A stretch of 62,863 bases of DNA, the filler included, from Basidiobolus ranarum (Eukaryota), in the NCBI GenBank assembly GCA_040143965.1. It is 2 parts of 2 records of this genome, joined end to end, with 100 filler letters (N's around TTAATTAATTAA, not from the genome) between each part and the next. Parts side by side here need not be neighbours in the genome. Positions count along the whole stretch, not along the records: positions 1 to 31,411 come from JASJQH010006965.1; 1 more part is not named here. One strand, written 5' to 3'. The notes beneath the pieces are model-generated. The model was given only the letters and a program-made list of their open reading frames with translations. It made no database searches and was not told the origin of the DNA. This document shows, one piece after another, positions 1 to 12,551 of the stretch; the stretch's first letter is position 1, and each line of letters starts with the position of its first letter. Made by a program: the position numbers and the translations under genes.

Positions 1-194
1 ATAGTGTCAAACCTGAATCTCGCTCTTATTCAAGAGATTTTAAATAAATGAACAGCCCAAAGGGTCGGGGGGAATTCCTGAACGACCACCCCACCGTCTA
101 AGGCCAATCAGTTGCCTGTATAGCTGAAGTGCCAAAGTACCATACATTGACAGACTAGGTTAAGGTTCCCTTGCAATATAGGCATAGCATACAA

Positions 195-267
195 GGACTG
201 GTAGCTCAGTGGTTAGAGCACCTTGCTAAATTGAAGGAGGTCCCAGGTTCAAATCCTGGCCAGATCA
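195..267 (+). tRNA. tRNA-like element, probably a pseudogene or SINE head; apparent anticodon AAA
   Basis: Cloverleaf GGACTGG-TA-GCTC-AGTGGTTA-GAGC-A-CCTTG-CTAAATT-GAAGG-AGGTC-CCAGG-TTCAAAT-CCTGG-CCAGATC-A. A box (TAGCTCAGTGG) and B box (GGTTCAAATCC) are intact. Defects: A-A mismatch in the acceptor stem, G-G mismatch in the anticodon stem, pyrimidine at position 37. Confidence 0.6.
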
Positions 268-269
268 AT

Positions 270-1750
270 ATTTCTCCCTAAATAATTTCAATATGTAATC
301 CAATACTTCAGATGTATCATTGGTTTGATAGATTATCCCATGGCTAATGTTAAAATTAGCATTGCTTAAGCACCTATATGGTCATATATAGCTTAGAACT
401 TGATTGTTTTATATTTCACTAGGATATTATCCATTATTCTCAATTGGAATTTGCTTGGAATATTTTTACTGACTTGGAAGTTCTCCAATATATAGATTTA
501 TGAAACTTTTGCTAGATGCCCCAAATATTGCACACATGTTCTTGGGACCCTCCTTAACAGATTCTATCTGCTAGTTTGTCTATATCTTGACAAAACTATA
601 AATGTCCACTGAATACTTAATAAATCAATAAGTAAAAACCACCAATTTCTCTAATTCTCCAAACCACTTCCAATAGGCTCCCAAATACTTAAACAGATAT
701 GACATTGCTTGAATAGGTTACCCCATGACTGATACAATAATTCCATGTATTGTGATCTATCTCACCAAGAAGTCTGTCTTGCAGCTATCCTGGAAATACC
801 ATCAGATTATCATACAAACAAATAGGCCAAATTATAGAGGTACTTACTCTTTGTCTACAGATTGGGTTTTGTTGCTGTTATTATGCTCAAACAATGCAAA
901 AACCCATCAACATATTGAAAGGTTCTCTGTGTTGGAAGGTTAACATAGTCTGGAGTCTCCTTAACTCATTTCATTATATCCAACACTGATTTTGCTGATA
1001 TATTGTTAATCATATTAGCATTCAGTAATACTGATGATTTCACATGGAGCATTGTTTCACCGCAGATATGCTCCATTGGCAACTTCCAGAATGTATAGCA
1101 AAGGCCTTTAATCTCCCAGCATTATGAACAAAGCAGTAGGGTATGTATTGAATACTGACATAGATTCAGTCTATCTTGTTTAAATCTATAATAAAGTTTC
1201 TCATATCCAATTATAAAATCTTTGCACAGTTGCTGTCTCTTCCTGAGATCTGCCAATGTCCGTTGATGCCATAAGAATATATTAACAATATCCACAAACA
1301 ACTCCCAATGTTGCTAATACTTATCAGGCAGAAATCTTTTTAAGATTTCACTTGAATATATACAAATCCAATACTTACAGTCTTTGCATTTAAATAAATG
1401 CCTAGATGAGTAGATATTGATGGGAGTGCTTTTATAATATGTAACCAGATATTATCTTGACCACATTCAAGTGATTGCAAGTAGATTCAAGAAAATTGTA
1501 GGAGAAACTTATACTGTTTCCTAACTGATAAATAATATACTCTATTCAATGTTAATTACATGAAGAAATAGTACATAAACACCTGTAGCAAAGACTGGAT
1601 TGAGCCAATGCAGTTATATTTACAACATCTGTGGCAATAGGATGAGATTAACTTGGATGATCTCCAGTTCAACCTTTCTGATTCTTGGATAATCCACATG
1701 TGTGTTCTGATTTTGAGCCAAATGAAACTTAACTTAAAGTTGGTAACTAA
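270..1750 (+). mobile_element. Decayed repeat, possibly a non-LTR retrotransposon (RT) relic
   Basis: Only about 2 CpG seen in ~1.45 kb versus frequent CpG in the flanks; no long ORF. Ordered RT-like remnants: NV*QRPLIS (~1090, cf. GVxQGxxLSP), SANV (1249, cf. FADD), LRFHLNIYKS (1340, cf. GLxLNxxKT). Confidence 0.35.
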
Positions 1751-2078
1751 CTTGGATGCGACTTAAGAAGAAGTCGGGTTTGTAATGACATAACCTAATA
1801 AATAAGCAACTTTAATATGAATCATTGATCATATACTTGTTGTAAGTTACATAATATTATTACTATGCATACAATACTGGTTAGATTTACGCTTATGATA
1901 TTACGAAAGGAACGTTGAAAACGAGGGCTAAATTAAATTCAAAATAATGGTGAAATAGTAATGAATACTATCTTATTAGAGGCTTTCGTAATGCAGCTCA
2001 ATAAAGGAGCATTAAAAGCATTTACTGGATCTGAGAAAACGGATTAATGAGTAAATGGATAAAATACGATCTACATCC

Positions 2079-2097
2079 CACACGCACACACACACAC
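2079..2097. repeat. Imperfect (CA)n microsatellite
   Basis: cacacgcacacacacacac. Confidence 0.7.
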
Positions 2098-2738
2098 CAT
2101 CAACAAGTAACACACATAATCTGATATATTATCAATCATGGATACCTAATTAAGCTTATTGTTAGTAACCGTACAATGTTACTAAGCCAAATGTAACAAT
2201 GAAATGTGAATCTCGCCCTTGAACATACTCCTTGCAACATGACTAATAGCAAATAGTCACTTTTTGGCTTAGCCTAAGTTTTAATCGTCTCTGCCATGTT
2301 TCGAGTGAGAGAAACCTTAACTATGTCTTGCTCTAAGAATGAAGGTGTTCAGAGTGTGCGTGATCTCTACACTGATCCAACGCATTAGTATTATGAAACA
2401 TGGGTTATTTAAATTGAGATATTTATGCACTCTCCAGCCAAAGTAAGCAATTTGTACTCATGAGTTGACTCATAATCCAGCTGAGAATAGATAACGCACC
2501 TATAGTGGACACCCTAAAACTGGTATTAAACTAGACAATGACAGTGAAAGGAAGTGTTTTAGCCAACACAAGACCTATCGTGGGGGAGTCACGGTACTAG
2601 TGAATTCTTGTTTCTAGCGTGAAAGCAAGCCGGTAGATCAACAGCAACCATAGGCAAGTATTTGAATCTCAGAACAGTATATATAGTCCGCGTTACGTCT
2701 CTTCCTGTCCACATATACTCTTTAATATTATCTCTTTC

Positions 2739-3440
2739 ATGTACAAAATCATCGGATCCCTTCTTGGCGCCCTGGTTTTTGCTGCACCAACTCAGGCAGA
2801 TATTTCATCGTTCACCTCTTTCCAAGTGGTCAACACCTGTTCAGCTAGTGTTAAATTCCTTCCTGGATTCAGTAAAGATATCAGTTTATGTATGAAGCCA
2901 ACCACCAACACCACTCTACCCTATGCCACTCCATTTACTATTAGTTGGGATTTTGTAACACAACCCGATTGCGCAGCTTATGCTAATGCGTTTAGTGTTG
3001 GAGCGTCAAGTTTTATGTTTGCATATGTTAGTTGTCAAAAGGGGGATTTCGTCCCTCATTCTCCACAGTTGGTCACCACCAAGACTGGTAGTCTAACCAC
3101 TACTGGTGGACCATGTCCTGTTTGTGACCCCGTATCTCCACAATCTTCAGTTGACATTTATTTGGCTGGTAGCTACAATGGTACAACCTATGCTGTTGGT
3201 GGAGTAACTGTCAATCTTAGCTTTCCTAATACACCATCCACTCAGCCAAATCCTCCCAAGCTGAGTCCATCCGCAGCACCCATTACACCTACCACGGTTG
3301 ACTCAAATCCAAGTGCCATATTTCCAAGCAACGTGAACAAGCCAGTCACTTCTCCAGTTGGCTCTGGTAATACACTAAGCAACCATCTGACTCACCCTAT
3401 AAGTATCATTACCATGCTAATGATGGCAGTAGCCTTTTAA
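2739..3440 (+). CDS. Secreted, probably GPI-anchored cell-surface protein of unknown family (233 aa, intronless)
   Basis: Hydrophobic signal peptide (MYKIIGSLLGALVFAAPTQA), Cys-containing core, P/T/S-rich stalk, hydrophobic C-terminal tail (ISIITMLMMAVAF); TATA-like tatatata at ~2678. Confidence 0.75.
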   Translation: MYKIIGSLLGALVFAAPTQADISSFTSFQVVNTCSASVKFLPGFSKDISLCMKPTTNTTLPYATPFTISWDFVTQPDCAAYANAFSVGASSFMFAYVSCQKGDFVPHSPQLVTTKTGSLTTTGGPCPVCDPVSPQSSVDIYLAGSYNGTTYAVGGVTVNLSFPNTPSTQPNPPKLSPSAAPITPTTVDSNPSAIFPSNVNKPVTSPVGSGNTLSNHLTHPISIITMLMMAVAF

Positions 3441-3749
3441 ATTGAAGATTCATCACTAACTTACATCCTACACCATCCCCATCGACATCAACATCATCTA
3501 ATAATATACGTTCATAATAAATTCTATTTATTGTACACTCTCATGGTGTCAGCGAAAGAGATTTAATAAAGATCACTTGGAGAAAGGTGGATAATTGGAA
3601 TAGTAAATAAAGTATGATAAGATAGATTACAAAAAAATCAACGTATGCGAATCCACTTGAGATATTAAGGCGTTCATCGAGAACAGAGAAAATCAATTAG
3701 GTAGCAATTTACTTGGGTGCTACGAAAAGAGTTGATTCGTTCTAGAAAT

Positions 3750-4204
3750 TTATTGACTAGGTCCACCTAAAGTAGTACCTGGTCCATTCTTACTGGCTTG
3801 TACTAACTCTTCCAATTCATCAACTGGTTCTTCAGCATCTAAAAATTGGAAATTTCTTATTAATATGTACGTCTTTTTAGTAAAGGTCAAAGTTCTATTC
3901 AAATTACCATCCATATCTTCTTCAGCTTGAGCTAAACCTTTCTCTACTAAACGAGCATGTTCCTATGGGAAGGTGGATTACGGTAAGCAATGGATAACGA
4001 GTCAAAGAAACCCGTAGGTTATGAGTAACTTACAAATTTAATGGCTTTCTCGAGTTGCTTAATCTTCTTCTTGGAAGGTACAGCGCTACGAATAATAGCG
4101 TTTTCGGTTTTTCCAACTCCACGGACATTGGTCTTGTGGTGATGCTTACGCTGACGGCGAATTTTCAGCAAGTTTTTGGTGGGGTTATTGTGGTTGTGCT
4201 TCAT
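3750..4204 (-). CDS. ALB1: Ribosome biogenesis factor Alb1-like (3 exons)
   Basis: Spliced product is basic at the N-terminus, has SKKKIKQLEKAIKF and ends NGPGTTLGGPSQ*, matching the Alb1 C-terminal GTTLGGP signature. Confidence 0.75.
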
Positions 4205-4544
4205 CTTGGATAAAATGGATAGGTATGCAAGGAGAGAAGTCTATATGAAAAATAATCTACCTATTTTCTTCCACTAGTTCCATTGAAAGAAAAAAAAAAG
4301 TAAAAAAATGGTGAATTCATCGATTTCTCTTTTTTATTGATTAATATAGATTGATGGACGGGGATTTTTGAGGATAGAGTATTGAGGAAATTCAATCCAA
4401 ATTCTGGAATGACCTACTATGATTCATAATTTATCTTGAGTACCACTTTGGAAGAGATGGTGGAGGTTGGGGTCAAGTCTAATAATGGTCGATTGAAATA
4501 TCATTAAGCAGGACATCGTATCTTGAACGTGTATCTTTACAACA

Positions 4545-5235
4545 ATGCCCATGATTTTGCCACCCATTAACTTCCGAGCATGGATTGAAGAACACAAAGA
4601 CAAACTTCAGCCTCCAGTCAACAACTATATCGTACATAAAGGGAACTTTATTGTTATGGCGGTTGGAGGGCCCAACAAACGTAATGACTTCCACGTTAAC
4701 GAAACCGAGGTACACCTCATTCCACTAGTGCTTTTCATTCCTTCAATGCACCAAGTTAACTCTTTCTAACTTCAGGAATATTTTTACCAATATAAAGGAG
4801 ACATGTTGCTCAAAATCATGAACGAAGGAAAACCAGAGGACATTAACATCAGAGAAGGGGAGTTCTTTTTGTTACCTGGTAAGTGTATGGGTTTTTTCAT
4901 GGGTTACAGCCAATTGACTGACTAATATCGTGTTAGCAAATGTTCCCCATAACCCAGTTCGTTTTGCTGATACCATTGGAGTTGTTATCGAAAGTCAAAG
5001 ACGGTCAAATGAAATTGGTTAGTATCAATTGAGTGCAAATATTTGTTCAAGTTTTAACTAAGAAATTTTAGATCGTCTGCGTTGGTATTGTGAAAATTGT
5101 CTGGAAATTGTTTATGAAGAGGGCTTTCATTGCACTGACCTCGGTACGCAGCTTAAACCGGTTATTGAGAAATACGCCAGCCAATCAGATTTACGTATAT
5201 GCAAGCATTGCAAATTCCAAAATCCTGCTAAATAA
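4545..5235 (+). CDS. BNA1: 3-hydroxyanthranilate 3,4-dioxygenase (4 exons)
   Basis: [55 protein letters not shown]...[11 protein letters not shown]...CKHC rubredoxin-like Cys pairs. Confidence 0.95.
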
Positions 5236-5421
5236 AGGCGGCTAAAATAAACACTGTAGACCAATCGGAAGATCTGATTAGCTCGTGATTTTTAACGTTG
5301 GTGGATTCGTTCGAATCAGCTTCATCAGGTGCATCACCTGAATCACCCTAATCAACCGAACTATCATAGAACACAAATAGAGAAAATGAGATATTTTATT
5401 ATGAGATGAGAAGGCGCTATG

Positions 5422-8400
5422 CTATTTATATTTCTATATTCCATTCAAACCAAATCATGTATGAGGTTAGCAACTATTGAGAGAATGTTTCTGATGCACA
5501 AATGCACTTACATCCTCCATTTGTAGTCTTTTGCTGGGATCGATCGTATTTCGTGCACCCAACAGGACCTTAGATAGGGCTTCAGTAGCTCCGATCATTG
5601 GCTTCAGTACTGCACTGGGAGTTCCTCTTACCAAAGCTCGAATTGAGCTCTATTTATGTAAAGTTAATCCCATGTTGTCTTCAATAATATGCAAGTTGTT
5701 TATTATACCTGAGCTCCTGAGCGGTCATATGTCTGTATAGGTACAGTAATGAGCGAATGTGTCGCATTTCCAATATTCTTACTCAGACTTTTGTATGCAA
5801 GTTCAATCCCTATAGATCCAGTTACTAATTGGCTTCTAATTGGTGATTCTGTATATATCCACTAACCTTCATTCAAGCCGCTCGGTTGCTCTGAATATTT
5901 GCTCTTAGGCTGAGAGGCATTCTCCTCCTCCTCTGAATCCACTTCATGGTGACTATTTCGTCGTTGATGGGTTTCCTCAAAGGAAAGAATAATATCTGCC
6001 TGTTCCAATAGGCCCTGAGCTCCTACCGCTAATTTGGTACCTAGTTTAATAATCTCCATGGTAGTAGCCTTTGCAAATGAGGATGCACCTCTTTGAAATC
6101 CTAAATAATCGGGTTATTCAATTAATAATCGATCTAACCATCAAATGATTCAACGTATCGTCACAACCTCTGATTAATTGGCCATCTTTCAGGTATTGTT
6201 CCACGGGTAGCAAGACCAGATCTGCTAAGCCATTGCCTAAGTTGACTAGAGTTTTTATGGGGGCTACTCCAGTAACCACATTGGGAACCTGTGTACTGAT
6301 AATGTAGGGTTTCCAGGCAGATCCCAACTCTTCTAGTAGCCTATCGATTCCATTGATCTATTCAATCTGGGTTAGAAGTTGACTTTGATCAATGCTCTGC
6401 ATTAGTATTAACTCACTCCTTTGAGTTTTACTCCCAATAGCATCATGTCAGCCTCTTCTAGCCTGAAAAGATTCACAAGCTCGGAAAAGTTCCCTCCTTT
6501 CAGACTTCCAAAATCCAAGTGTTTAGGTTTGTAATCGAATTTCAATACAATAGGAAGTACCTCGAAATATTCTTCATATGGTTAAAAATAGTCAATAAAG
6601 TTAGGGCGGCATACTGAAGGGTAATTGATTTTCTTACGAAAGTAGATGTCCTCTTTTCGCTGAGGGGATTTGGGTCTGGCCATGTTGGGTGAAGTATCAA
6701 AGAACTTCATCACAAACTCTAGAGTATCCTGATCAATGTGAAGTCGAATAGGAAGGAGACGAATCTTCGAATTGCCATGTTAGTAAACAATGGTGCACAT
6801 TGATATTCAAATACAATTTACTCTACCTTTAGTCTCATCTCCTCCAGTGGAACGTTAGGGACTGGACGTACTCCATCCAGCTCTATGCAAACCATATTGG
6901 ACCAACTTTCTCTTGGACTGGTATCACTGTCGGGACGTAGATACGATAGAAACTTTTTCCACATGGATGTTCGTACACGGTCAATAATCTCTATATCTCG
7001 AATTGTAAATCTCACCCGAAAGGCAGTTTCCACTCCCAATGGATGCTGTTCGAAGCTGGCATTGATGGAGATCAATTTGATATCAAACTGACTAGACTTT
7101 GATCTTCCTCTTTTCTCCATATATTTGCTACGATTTCTGGATTTTCTTGGGGAACAGGTGGGATGATCGGTGGTGCTGTAATGTTCTGGTACCGACATTG
7201 TTTCATCATCATCGAAGTAACCTCTTTCAGAAGAAACTGCGGAGGAGGCGTATTCAGAACCAGAAGGTGTAGTTGGCATTAATTCCGGTTCATAAACATA
7301 GTAATCAAAATCCGGACTTGTACTAAACAAAACTTCCTTTCCTCTGGAACTTTTCAAACTTGAAGGCTCACTTCTGGGGGTTACAGTATCTACTGTTTGC
7401 CTATTTTTGATCCAGTCACTACCTGCATAAAGTTTCCAGGTAAAATTGAATTCACGAATTTGAATATGATTCAAGCCTTGAGGAGCACTTGTTACATCCA
7501 AAAAGGTAGACAGGGTTAGGAGAAGGGAAATATTGTGAAAAGCTGTAATATACAAACCTTGATTGCCCTTGTTCTTTCGAGAAGCTTGGATCCGAAAAAT
7601 GATCCTCTACTATAATGAGCTGCTCATCATCCAGCATTTTTACACTGTCTTCCAGATCCAGTAGAGATTCTTTAAAGTCAGCATCTTCAGTTTGAGGGTA
7701 TATATTTGCTTTCACCGATTTCCATTCTAAAGGGTAATGGTTAGCGGTTATTCAAGAGCTATTTCACTGGAAAGGTTATACCGTCATCTCCAGAGTCATC
7801 CGGCTCAGATGAGTAGTCCTCAAATGTATCATATTCCTCACTAGAGTCGTACTCGCTCTTTTTGAGATCGATTTCTGGCGCATAGTATTCTTCAACAAAA
7901 CTTAAACTATCCACATTTATGTCACTGGCTAATTTGGTACTATCCAACTTTGATGGACTAAATGCATTCTCGTCTAGACTGGCTACAAGTGTGTCGTAAG
8001 GATAAAGGGTTTAATACTCCTTCACAGAGATGCCACACTTTAGGATTGCACTTACATAGCATGTCAGTCAATACACCATCGTCATTATCATTGCTTTGAA
8101 CTTCATCTACTTCCAATTGTGCCGGACTTCCTTTTCTATTAGGCAACAGAGTATGTGAGTAGAGAGTATTTCAACAAAAAAGTAATAACTTTTAAATGTA
8201 CTTCTCAGTGGAGTTCTTCAATTTCTGTGAAATGTAATCGATTAATTCCACCAAAGTTTGAAACGAGTCAGAGCATGTTTCCACCACAAAGCTTTGATTG
8301 GTAATCTCCAAGTCAAGTCGTGGTAGTTCATCCTTATTCAGCTTTATGATCACTTCTAGGAAATCGACAGAGGAGATAACAGCATATCCTAAGCCACGAT

Positions 8401-11400
8401 AATAGCTTTTGAGGCTACCAAAATAATGTTTGTTATTTCCCATAAAAACATCTTCATTTAAACATCCACTGTCATCAACAAGGAGAACGTCCGCATTTTG
8501 TAGGAAAACCTTGATTTGGGTACTGGGGGATCCTGAAACGAGATTACTGGAAATCTTTAGACTTTCCGCCATAAGGATGCATTTCGTCGGATGGTCGTTT
8601 GGAGAATAATCGATCAAGGAATTCTCGATGACCAAAAATAGACGAACTGTCGATCGAGTGGATACTTCTGAGCTAGTGTCATTCGATCCAGTCCCGAATA
8701 AGATCATGTCTTCCATGAAAGTGGACTCTAATTGTAAATCCCATATCACATTATTCATCGCTATGGTGGCCAAATTATCTCGTTTCCCGGTATTTTTGTT
8801 CGTCGTTATAACAAAGGTAGAAAGCAACATGGATTTGTTCTGTCGCGTTTTCAATACGTCAGTGTTAATCTTTGAGATAATCGAGTTTTGACTCATCGAA
8901 TTGGTGATATCAGAGAGGGAGAATTCCTCTATATCCAAGTTGAAGTAGGACACATCTTTTCCTTCAAAACCGACGACACCAAAGAACCCTAGTTCACTTA
9001 GTTGAAGCTCGTAAAGCTTCGATGGACTGTTCAAAAGCGAGGGGACTGGAATGGTGGAGGAACACACTACAGCAACATCTATATTATGCATCACTACAAC
9101 CAAAGAAACTAAGCTTGGGTTTGGTAGCTCAAAATCCAATTTCTCCTCAACATCTAGAAGACTAGTTGGCTCACTAGTAGCGTTCGTGTCGAGTCCTTCA
9201 CCTACGTTTCCAAAAGCGTTGATCTGATCTAATTTAGAAGAAATATGACCAAAAGATATTGGTTTGATACGTGTGTCTTCGAGGTTTGAATGTAATTTCC
9301 ACCGAGATAGCGAATCCAACAACGTCTGAATAAGGTCTAATCGATGCTTGGTAATCATTACAAAGATATTTGGGAGGTTGCAGTTGACGGCATGAACTGA
9401 ATTTTCAAGTGTGCGTTGTTTGAACATTACAACCTCTTCCTCTTCATCCTCATCTGTGAACTTTACGCGCTCCTCGCCTTCGAAGGAGGAAAACGTTTGA
9501 GGGAAATATGATTGATTGTACGGAGGTTTACTTCTTGTAGAAGTTTTTACCCCTTGCACTCGAGAAGTCACCTCGATGTTAGGTAAAATCTGGTGCAGTG
9601 AATCTTCCACCAACATAGGTTCTACTACCAAGAAACACATTGCAACAGAATCCGTGGCCTCTTTCAAGAATATATTCATTCGAAGCCATTCAAATCGAAT
9701 GCAGCTCTGACCGATCTCAGTTGGAAGTCCGGTATCTTTTTTGTACGGGTAGAATCGTTGTAGAGACTCGGGTTGAAGCATTTGGTTAACATTGGAAATG
9801 GCACGAACATTCGTAATGAACAGATCAATGAGGTCCACAATAAGAGCATCTTCGTGTATTCGACACTGGCTAATAGGATAAAATATGAATAGATCATTGC
9901 ATAATTTATGTGACAGTACTTCACTACCTTTGACTTTGCTGTACTTCCTCCGACGACAATGCTCCGCGAAGATCAGGAATAGCGAGCCATATTCTAAGAA
10001 ATTCTGTGCTGATGCGAAATTGTGTAGTTACGGAGCGGATACTATGCTGTAGTAGTGGATTAGTTCAGAACATGCAAGTATGAAATTATAAGAATCTATT
10101 CACTTCAGTAAGTGCTCTCTCATCCAAGTCGTTAATAATCCCTTGTTCATCATAGCCACTGGTTGATCTGATAATGGTCACATTCGTAAAAAAAATAGCA
10201 TTACTAAGCATATTGGCTTCTCATTTATTGTACTATTCACTAATACTACATACCCCTCGAAGCCGTTCTCATCAGAAGAATTTTCTGTTGTAGTTGTCTC
10301 ACTTATGGGAAAGAAACCCTGATAACGATTTATAACTTGAGGATTGATGAATATATGAAGAGGTTGGGATTCAACTAATATGTCTATTTTCGTTTGATTG
10401 TCGTGCGGTGAATCTAAATATAAACATTTAATAAAGGAAAGAGTATAATCTGAGGATGAAGCGGGTGTACCACCACTATCTGATATAGTGAGTCGCAAAC
10501 GTAAAGCGTTTTGCAACTTCTTTCCCTCCATGAAGGCATTACTCGTAGGTTTGCTATCTACACAAAAGCTAGGAAATCCGCGTGGTGGATTCATAGATAC
10601 CTCAACACTGCTGTCATAGGAACGAGTAAGACCAGGATCGAAACGAAGAATCGGTAAATATACACCTCGCTTTGATGAGTGATATGGGACGTGAGAGGGG
10701 GTACTTGGCTCATTCACTTGCGGATTGATCCATTCTGATATGTCGAATTTATTGGCATACATCTCCCATACCAATTGTCCATTTTTGACATCTCTTTTAT
10801 TCAGATCATAATCTCCTCTTACTGAGGAGTTTCCTGTATCGGCAATCCATTTCTTAACTCCTATGGTCAAAGTTTCCAAGTGGATGTTTATATGATCAGC
10901 GCCAACCTCATTGGGATTCTTTGTATTGAATCTCTCGGAGCCAGGGTCTAGTGAGGGGTTCGCATCGGTGGCTAGAAAGTATGAGCACCAAGATGCGATA
11001 TGAACTTTTAGTCGTCCGAAGTAACCTTCTCCGTCCAAGTCGTCAGTGGTAGCGCGTTCTTGATCACCACCACAGCCACTATTTAGTTGCTCTTTGTCGT
11101 TGTCGAAGATTGTGGGTTTTAGGCCAGGTTTGGAGCTTGGAGAGTAAAGGTAATCAGCCGAAGATTTTCTGCGAGTGGACTGGTACGAGTTCCTACGCCT
11201 CAAATCTTCGCGATAATTTGGATTGGTGAGATCGTCATCAAAATAACTATTTCTTTTGGGACTCTTTGGTGTTACAGTAAAAGCGTTGATAATATCTGTT
11301 AGAGCATGAATTTGACTCGGTGAAACAATCGTCACGATGGATTGGATAAACCATTCCACATCCCAATTGGGTGTATATTGTGACGTTGTTCGATCAAATA

Positions 11401-12551
11401 ATGACCGCTTTGTTCGTACACGGACCGTATTTTCATGAGAGGAGGTAGATAGTAATGTGGCTGAGTAAACTGCCCTTTCCTCAAGTTCTAAAGACCCGGT
11501 TTTTTCCTGTTCATGAAGAGAAATGTTCAAGCCCTCTAGAGAAAATATTTTGACACTTTCAACGGGACGTGGTGAAAACCCTTCCTCCGTGGTAGCTTTG
11601 AGATCAGAGTCTTCTTGGTTCTCATCTCTATATGACATTGAGGGCATCGTAATGTCAACATAGTAATTCTTGTAACTTTCGGGGTTCGAAGAACCAGTAT
11701 GCAGAAGGTCTTTTTTCGACTGATGATGAACTCGAAATCTAGTTTCGCGGAATGTAACCTTAACGTTTGATATGATATTGTCTATAACTCCAGCTAATAC
11801 CTGCAACCCTTCGGTGCCAGGTTCCATCTCCAACTCTGGTTGCTCTTTCTCTGTTCCGGATTTTTTATCACAGAACTTATTCTGCATGATATGAACAGAC
11901 TCGATAATAGATTTCCGGAGCTCTTCTCCCTCGTTTGTGTTAGGCATTTCATGTCTTAAAAAATCCCCAGCAAAATGAATAGACGAAGAGAAGATATGCG
12001 AATCGTCAACTCTTAGTTTCCAAACTGTAAACATAAAATTTGAAAAAATACACTCATTAAAAGTTTTTTCCGAAATGCATTGACTTGTAGTGAAGAAAAA
12101 TACCAGCAGGGATATGTGGCCTTCGTATCACAGTAATCTCTAAATTATGAAATTCTATGACACAATTACCCGACCAAATATCCTTCCAAGGGACTTGGAC
12201 TGTGATGCCACCAATTTTCCCGTGGGTAATTGTTATAGGTAGATCGGAAATAAGATCATTCAATACCTTACAGTGTGATAAAAGAAAAATAATTCATAGT
12301 TTAGAAAGGAATACTTGAATACTGTTGAGAGTGCAAATATATAAAGATAGCTATCTTCAAGCTTTAAGTACCTCAGTATTAAGTTGAAGTTCTTTGAGTT
12401 GCACAAAACCAGTTCCGAGTTGAATGTCTAGATTGTCTATGTCTAATTCTTCAAGTAAGAACTGACCGATTGCACGTTTAAGGAGGAACTTTACTAATCT
12501 CTTTTGAAGAGTTGCGGGTAACGTCCAATCGGAGAATGACCAACCACGCAT
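5422..12551 (-). CDS. ATG2: Autophagy lipid-transfer protein Atg2 (multi-exon)
   Basis: Chorein_N start (LQKRLVKFLLKRAIGQFL...GGITVQVPWKDI), IRDIEIIDRVRTSMWKKFL, LPIRLHIDQDTL, ATG_C region (GVAPIKTLVNLGNGLADLVLLPVEQY); spliced C-terminus MEDKYK*. Confidence 0.93.

Noticed and set aside
60..185. GC-rich hairpins upstream of the tRNA-like element as a self-cleaving ribozyme
   Set aside because: Pairings exist (ggtcg/cgacc, tgcctgtat/atataggca), but neither the hammerhead CUGANGA/GAAA core nor an HDV double pseudoknot could be built.
5300..5345. CTGATGA on the - strand as a hammerhead ribozyme
   Set aside because: No GAAA after stem II and no NUH triplet next to stem I.
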